A DNA stretch of 64,000 nucleotides from assembly GCA_002269645.1 (NCBI GenBank), contig NIVC01002508.1, positions 1 to 64,000 on the forward strand, in the 5' to 3' direction. Each line of letters opens with the position of its first letter. Positions within the stretch are counted from its first letter, which is position 1. The stretch comes from Macrostomum lignano. Lineage: Eukaryota. The notes under the pieces were generated by a model. The model did not search any database. It was given only the letters and a program-made list of their open reading frames with translations, and was not told where the DNA came from. Positions 56,591 to 64,000 of the stretch are shown here, piece after piece. Both the position numbers and the translations under genes were made by a program.

Positions 56591-59475
56591 TTTGATTGCT
56601 CCTAGATCCTCAGTATCTCCCAAATAAGCACCCGATAACTGTTCTTTCCTTCCCCATCGTCTGCAACTTCCCCTAACACCCACCCCAATCCAAGAAGAGA
56701 TCGCCCATGACTGCAGCCGCCGCCGTAACTATCCGACGACCAACCGCGCCAAGCAGCCGCGTTTGTTAAGGTACTTTCCTCTGTTGCGTTGCCAGCACCC
56801 AGAGCCAAGGCTTTGCGTGCAGCTGACGTGCAGCCCGAATACATTAAATAACTATATTATGACATTTGTCTCTACTCATCGTTACCGGCTTCTCTGTCCA
56901 AAAATAGCAGAGTTTGACCATGTTTTGAACCCCTCCCAAATATTTTTCTTCTACCACCGCGCCTGCTCAGATGCAAGAGTCAAGGAAAACCCATGAAAAT
57001 AAAATACATTTGTTCACGTTTCGGACGATAAAAAAGTAATCCTGTGAATTCTTCTGCGATTATGCATATCACTGTTATTGACCCATTACCCAAAGTAGCC
57101 TGCATGAATTTTCCACGTGTTGCCTTAACCATTATATTTTGTGACGCGACCCTTCTTGTTCGGTGCTGACGGCTATGCACTTATCAATAAAAGAGTCTAC
57201 GTAGCAAGAAAGTTTAGAATTTTAACTTCGACTGATTGTATTTAACCGTATTATATTATTTATTTGAAGACAGGAGTTAACTGTTGCTGTTAAATTATTG
57301 GTAGTAAGTACTAAGTATGGCGAATAGGCACAACGCGGCGGACAAACCAACAGCACACACGAGCCCAGCGAGACAAGAACACTAGAGAACAAAAATGCGA
57401 TATAACCCACTTTTAAATAATGCAATACCCGTATTTCTATGAATGATACAGTAAAACAAATTTTATGTATAAATATAGAATAAATTTAAGATTCGTTTAA
57501 TAAATAGTAGTTAGATTAATAATATAATACTAAAAAGGCATTAATAACACTAGAATATTTTCAGAAATAAATATCAACATCGTTACAATATCATCGTCCA
57601 CAGCCGTGATGTCATCCGCATTTTTTCCCAATCGCAGCTGCATTTGAGATTAAAAAGATACAGTACTATACAAACTTTTGGTGAGTATTTGTGGTGCCAA
57701 TAGAGATTCTCAAGACTGATATCGCTTTTATGTGTTCCAACAGAAAAATTGCTTTAAAACAATCAAAGTTATTTTTCTTTACACTATTTTTTGCATTTTT
57801 ATCAAATTATACTTGATATGCATAATCACATGAAAATTAATAATAAAACTAAAACTGGGCAAATTAGATCTGTTAGATCTGTACAGGTTTTATGCTTTGT
57901 AATTTTCCAAGGTGCACACAGTCAGTTTATCATTTTGTATCCATGCAGTTATTGGTATACTTTATGATATTTCTTTCTGACAAAGTAAAACCATTCACTG
58001 AGATAGAACGTATTCACAACTAATTAGGACCTCTACTTTTTCGACTTTTTTAAGGATAAAATAAGCCATTAATTGTATTGCCGTTTAACCCGTTTTTCGA
58101 TTTATTATTAGTTCAAGACCATTTTAGATTTCAGATAATAATTTAAATAACTTTACAATAAACTGCCTTATCAAGTTTTGAAAGAATGAAAAATTATTTT
58201 TATAGACTCCTATTAGCTAGTTCTTTAGTTATTTAGACGCCATTACGAATTCTTACTTAATTATTCAAATTCACATTATCAAATGGTACTTAACTGTGTA
58301 ATGTCTACATTTTTTAAATATGCTCGATTGAATCGGTTTGCTTTAAAATTTCGCCACATTTATCGCGACATTTTTTTCGAAAAAATCAAAAGTTTAAATA
58401 CACAAATCTATATAAATATTATCATTTTTATTTTAATTTTTAGTCTGTTTTCATTCGAGATTTATTAAAGTAAACGGTTGTTTTATTACGTGCTTCAACA
58501 ATTCCGTTATGGCGGGATTTTGAAGTACGATTTAGGAGCTGTAAAAACTGAAAAACCGGTCATAAAAAAGTCATACCCGTCCAGAAACTGTAATGTTATT
58601 AAAATCAAATGAGCAAATAATCAATCGGTGGTACCCAACTACCACACATTCACGAAAGAGTAATAATTTTAAAAGATAATGAATAATGATTAAATGAATG
58701 CAACAATATTAACAGGGGCAGCCACCTGCCACACTAGTATAGACTATGTAATACTAATAGTACTAGACTTATTCTTAACATCTTAAGCCATAGCTTTGTA
58801 TAAATTCTTCCTTTGATCTACCTTTAGCTTAGCTTATTAACAATTTCTAACATCTCAGTAATCCCCTTATGAGTATTAGCATCTCATAAAATCTACCTAT
58901 ACTATATGAGCCTTGATACTTAATACTTTACAAAATAAACCTTGATAGGCCTATCTTAGCAATTGCCCTAATAGCCATAGATTTTTTTCTGTTATTTATT
59001 TAGATTTCCCCAAATGAGTAGGGGGCCTATTGATACTAAAAATTTCTATTTAAGCCTTGATATATCTTAGAAATTTTCATATATGCTTTTACATCTTAAC
59101 AATTTCCCTTATGTTTTTACATCATAGTAGTTCTCCTTATTAGCCTTAAAACAAAACCAATTTGCTTTATCATAAGCCTTAGTATTGAATTAATTCCCCA
59201 ATTAATTTAATATTTTATTTTGATATAACAATTCTTTTATTGATTAGGCCAGGGCCTAACCTTCACCTTAATTCTAACCCTAGGCCTATTTATAGTCAAA
59301 GAATTTTATCCATGAACCATGAGCTATAACATTTTAGAAATTCCCTTTATAGCCCCAATAATTTTATGATTCCTTCTATAAGCCATGAGCCTTAAAAACT
59401 TGGCAAGTCCATTATGAGTATTTTGTAATTGACAAACCAATTCTTTTTTGGTTAAGGGCCTAACTTATGACTTAT

Positions 59476-60304
59476 GTGGCATTCTTTCGTTATAGAAGAC
59501 CCAAAAATGCGTGACTTTCGTAATGGAAGACCCTTGGAAAAGGGGAAGAAATCAATCAAAAAATAAGCATTCATTAACAAAATGAAAGCGTAGCAAAAGT
59601 TAATTCCACACAAAGTTGATGCTTTAATTGACAGTGCTTAATTTCACACAAAGTTGTTATAATGTAATCGCAAGGGTTTATGCCACCAATCTTATACCCA
59701 GCCTGTCAAACTAACCCAGCCTGGCACTTCTCCTCACCTTCGAAAAAGAAGACCCAACTCATTTCACCTAAGTATTTACAACACGGAGGTCTTGCATTAT
59801 GAAAGTAAGAGCCCTTTATGTTAAGCTTACATCTGCAGAATTTCCAACAGGTAACCGACAATGAACATCGTGATGTCCATTGGGTGCAGCTTTGACCTCT
59901 CAAAAAAGTTTCCATATCCCTTACTTTCGTTTCGGAAGACCTTTAATGGATGCTTAACATTGTCAGTCTTTTAAAACGAAACTATATATATCAGACATTC
60001 ATAGAAAATGTACCCAAGGCCGACACAGGAAAACAAACCCAACGTTTCTGCAACTTTTGTTGCTGCCACCCCTACTACCTTCATTTTGGAAGACCTTCAA
60101 TGAAATAGTAGCTTGACAGTCTTCTAAAACAAAACTGTAATATAAACTATAATAAAGGACACACAAAGCCATTAAGAATAAACAAACAAAATAATAGACA
60201 ACAATATGTGAGCAGCTTCCTATGTTTTAGGCGGGTCTTCTTTTTCGAAACTGCCAGCTTCCAATTTGATACATAGAGGGTCTTCTAAAACGAAAGAATG
60301 CCAC
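59476..60304. mobile_element. MITE with 27-bp TIR and TTAT TSD
   Basis: GTGGCATTCTTTCGTTATAGAAGACCC / GGGTCTTCTAAAACGAAAGAATGCCAC (26/27), flanked by TTAT on both sides. Internal GAAGACC repeats. Confidence 0.85.
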
Positions 60305-60581
60305 TTATGTTTGCCATTATAATTCTTTTAGGTTTGACATGATACTTTTTTTAGTTAACATGACATTTTATGTTTGACTTGAGGCTTTTTTGTTTAACAA
60401 GACTCATGTTAAATGTAATTAACACAATATTTTATGTTGGACTTAAAGCTTCTCTTATTAAGTTTTCCTTGCAATAATAAAATCATTTTTTTAAATTAAT
60501 GCTTTTAAGATTTGATCATAGGTCACAACATTTGCAGCTCAGTCTATTTATATCTAAGATAGCTCTTATTGAATTAATGAC

Positions 60582-61114
60582 ATGTGTGGGTTCCCCGACA
60601 GATATTCACCCCAACAGATATTTTTTTCTTTGGGCAGATAATTCAAACAAAAATGAATTCATGTTTTGGGATACATTCCTTACTCTAGCTAGCTTTAAAA
60701 AATTGTAAGCAGAAAGTTTTGGTTTATCTTGGTTGCAGATTGTTGATCAACAAAAAGTTTGATTTATCACTATGTCTCAATGCTTCAATAATTTGCTCTG
60801 AAACTTTTATTACTACTTGACGCGTCTCAGCTTTGCAATGACATCTTAGACCCATTATTCCCTTTTGTATTTCCCAAGATATTTGCTTCCAAAATGTGTT
60901 TGTAAGGGGTGCCAATGAATTTGTCTTTTGACACACTTTGCATTCATGCCAATTTTTTTTTCTTTGGGACAATTTCTGCTTACAAATTTTTAAAGCTGAA
61001 TATGGCCTCAGAGTAAGGAATGCATCCCAAAACATGAATTCATTTTTTGTTTGAATTATCTGCCTGAAGAAAAAATATCTGTCAGGGTGAATATCTGTCG
61101 AGGAACCCACACAT
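60582..61114. mobile_element. Foldback MITE with ~105-bp TIRs and 8-bp TSD
   Basis: ATGTGTGGGTTCC...GGAACCCACACAT. TSD TTAATGAC at 60574-60581 and 61115-61122. Confidence 0.9.
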
Positions 61115-61464
61115 TTAATGACATGGATTTTAGCATTTATGATATTCAATACTCATATCAAGTCAATTAGAATAAAATCACAAGGACCAATTATAATATA
61201 TTTATGAGCAAACTTCTCACTAAGTTGATTACTAATATGGTTTTGTATTCTATAAAAAATCAAGTTTTTATAGTTTTTATAGTAACAGTTTAATAATTCA
61301 AAATTTGAAGCAATTGTGTTTCTTTGAACTTTAATAGAATCAAATGCTATTCTTTATGCTGTTATAGTTGTATATGTCAATTTATTCTAGAGTTCTAATA
61401 ATATGTTTTAATATTTTGTTTAAGTAGATTTTGTTTCCAAAAAATGAGACTCATGTTTGAGCAT

Positions 61465-61815
61465 GTGAGGTGGGGGTAGAGAAACTTTTCTTGGAAATTT
61501 GGCAGTTTGAAATTAGTTGCTGACACCAATGAGGTGGGGTGGATTTCACATTTGAATTGCCACCTGTGTTGTCTCGGCACTCGTAAAGCTAGAAAATTCC
61601 ACAAACAGATGTGTTTAACTTCTCCTTGATACTCCGTCTGCTGGGTTCTCAATTCCGGGGGGAAGGTAGTTGTGATTTGCAGTCGAGCAGTCTTTTAGCG
61701 GCATGGTTGTTCAAATGGTTCCTTAGACACTGAAAAATTTGTAGTTTGTTGATATGCTTGGATTGTTACTGTCAGTAGTAAAGTAGCACTGCCACCATCA
61801 TAATTTTGTTATATT
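61465..61815 (-). repeat. LTR-like repeat copy E (diverged, partial)
   Basis: Family core plus PBS-like TGGTGTCAGCA (61518-61528, minus). Confidence 0.65.
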
Positions 61816-62329
61816 GTTTTTGTATTATCGAATGTTGAAGGTCTCACAAGTTAGGGCCGCTGTACACTCCTGTGTGAGTGTGTGCCTGCGTAACGTATCC
61901 GCGCGCTTGTATGCCTGCTCAGGGGAGTCAGCGGAATGGGCAGTAATGCCTCTCGCCGGTTGTGTGCCAATGACGCTTAAATTGCGCCAGGGTGCACACA
62001 ACCTCCCTGCCTCTAATAATAATAATAAACACATGCAACTTATAGTATTTTTCTATAAATGTATAGCAGCCTTGGATTTAGATCTTAGCTGTATATTGAA
62101 AACTGCTACACGTGATAAATATGTAATCAGAGTGTCAGTTTGCGCATCTTAGTAATCATAAGACAGAAGGATTCCTAGCCTAGTTAAACATCCAGGTCTG
62201 ACAAGTGTATAGCTGCTCAACCATATACAAGCATATGCTACTAATACTAATAGTCCCTAACTGTGCTAAATGATATAAAATATACTAGACTCATTACACT
62301 AAGTTGCAATGCAGTCTTATGCTATGTTT

Positions 62330-62770
62330 CCACATTGTGTTTTTGGCATTCTTTTGGTTTACAATCACCCCAAACAATGATAATCACCTTAAACAGTGAT
62401 GATCACCACAGAAACAGTTGTAAGATATAAAATCCATAGTTTCCAATGAAACAAAATCAAATGTTGGCAAACTGACTTTGTTTATTTCAAAAGATAGTAA
62501 GATTGTCATAGCACCTTATATTTCACCTTTACTTTACAATCACCTAAATGTACATTGCCCATTGAAATGATCACAAACCAAAGCTAGCAGTAAGAAAGTG
62601 TACTAAGGGTTGACATGCTTTCCTAGAGCCAGCTTTGGATGATTGTAAACCAAAGGTGATAAATATATAAGCTACTAGTGAACTGATGTACACATCTTTT
62701 CAATTTCAAATTAACAAAGTTAGTTGATCAGCAAACTTTTGATTTCTTTTCATTTGAAACTACCATCAGT
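62330..62770. repeat. Old degenerate inverted repeat (MITE-like)
   Basis: ~62440-62500 resembles the reverse complement of ~62695-62765; GGTTTACAATC / GATTGTAAACC pair. Confidence 0.4.
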
Positions 62771-63214
62771 TTTTATGTCTTGGTTTTGAACATGCCATTT
62801 TTGCACTGTAGTACGCAAAATACAAAGTGATCTTAAACCAAAACTGGAAAAATAAAAGGTGATTGTAAATGGAAAGATTGCCAAACTCTACATTGTTTTC
62901 CTCACTATAATACAATTTAAGTAAGATTTACAAATAAACCAATATATTGACTTTAAATAAAAGTCTAACCTCATATGGTGTTGTAATCTTTATTAGAACT
63001 AGAATTAGTCCATTTTTTACTACAGTGATCACAAGGGATTCAAAGTTGAACATTTTCTGTCTTAGTCATTTTCTGAAATCAATGGTAACAGAAATAGAAG
63101 AAATCAAAGATAGATAATAATCATACATGCCCAACACTTGTCTGACCCATCCAAACCAGATAGGTAAAATGTCCACTAGCCAAAGTAATTTGCAAAATAA
63201 AAAAAACAAAAACA

Positions 63215-63415
63215 AAAATTGGGAGAAGAAAGAAAGGAGAAGAAAAGAAAAAGAAAAAAAGGAGGGGAAAGAGAAAGAGGGGAAAAGGAGAAAGAAAGAG
63301 AGAAAGGGTAAAAGGAGTAAGAAAGAAAGAGGGGAAAAGGAGAAAGAAAGAGAGAAAGGGTAAAAGGAGTAAGAAAGAAAGATGGGAAAAGTAGAGAGAA
63401 AGAGAAAAAGCAAGA
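63215..63415. repeat. Purine-rich low-complexity tract with internal duplication
   Basis: AAGGAGAAAGAAAGAGAGAAAGGGTAAAAGGAGTAAGAAAGAAAGA twice. Confidence 0.85.
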
Positions 63416-64000
63416 AAAGTTATATTCAAAGTGAAAATTAAGTCGTAATTAGGGTACTGAGTCACAATTGAGAGGAACTAAGTTGCAAATCTGGACAAAA
63501 CTAAGTTGCACTAGATGGGTGAAATTTTGAGGTTGGGCATATATGATAATAATCTCTCATAGATAAAGACAAAAAGTTTTAGTATAAATAATGACTATTC
63601 ATAGGCCCTATTTAAATACAATTATAATCAAGATCTAAATATAAGGCCTTATGTTTTAGATATTTCTATATTTATAGTTTATAAATTATAACCAACTGTA
63701 AATAGACTTATGCAGTTATAATAGTATGCTTGAAATTTGGTTTATTTACTTAGCTATGAATTAAAGATTATTTTGAATAAATTGTTTTGTTTCTATTGCC
63801 TATAGATATAGAAGGGAAGTATTGATGTACTTTAAATATGGGGTCTACACATAAATACTGATCAATTGTTTAGCTTATTTTGGCAAATGAACAAGTTGGA
63901 TATAAAAATTCAGTAAATCAAATCTTTTGACAAAGGGACTAATATCTATGGCTGAAAGCTTTCTCTTTAGGAATTCTTTAGAAACTTGAAAGACTCAAGT

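Larger units (their letters stand above)
51305..58563 (-). mobile_element. Mutator/MULE-like element with degenerate long TIRs (approximate bounds)
   Basis: 18-bp inverted match ATGACCGGTTTTTCAGTT (51305-51322) / AACTGAAAAACCGGTCAT (58546-58563) plus weaker flanking similarity, enclosing the transposase. Confidence 0.5.

Overview
AT-rich eukaryotic DNA, most likely from an invertebrate animal (short GT-AG introns, TTAGGG repeats, animal-type TE families). The window is almost entirely transposons, endogenous viral sequence and tandem repeats. (1) 1 to ~10.4 kb: one arm of a Maverick/Polinton (adintovirus-like, group-2/'beta' pPolB). It carries an accessory ORF, penton, adenain protease, a fiber-like protein with two discoidin-like domains, a membrane protein and a pPolB with Endo VII insert and an apparently dead exonuclease. 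Unusually, it also has a convergent PrimPol-PriCT2-D5/SF3 primase-helicase. Nearly all its frameshifts are repairable as 1-nt deletions in homopolymer runs, so it may be near-intact in vivo. (2) ~29.3-37 kb: a second, unrelated cassette with a PC4-like gene divergent from a group-1/'alpha' pPolB that contains spliceosomal introns in polymerase motifs A and B. The pPolB runs into a spliced Ulp1-type protease-PHD gene, with a convergent repeat-rich ORF beyond it; no capsid or integrase genes are visible. (3) Nested TEs: MULE fragment, hAT element with 8-bp TSD, 5' half of a Chapaev3, an 11.3-kb EnSpm/CMC element (TIRs, AT TSD, transposase plus DUF4806-like ORF2) loaded with minisatellites behind tRNA-derived SINE heads, a MULE with Ulp1-like tail, LTR-like repeats, Helitron-like ends and MITEs. 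The only host-gene-like sequence recognised is a pair of HCF-1-like FnIII exons at ~23 kb. All family assignments come from recalled motifs, not database searches.
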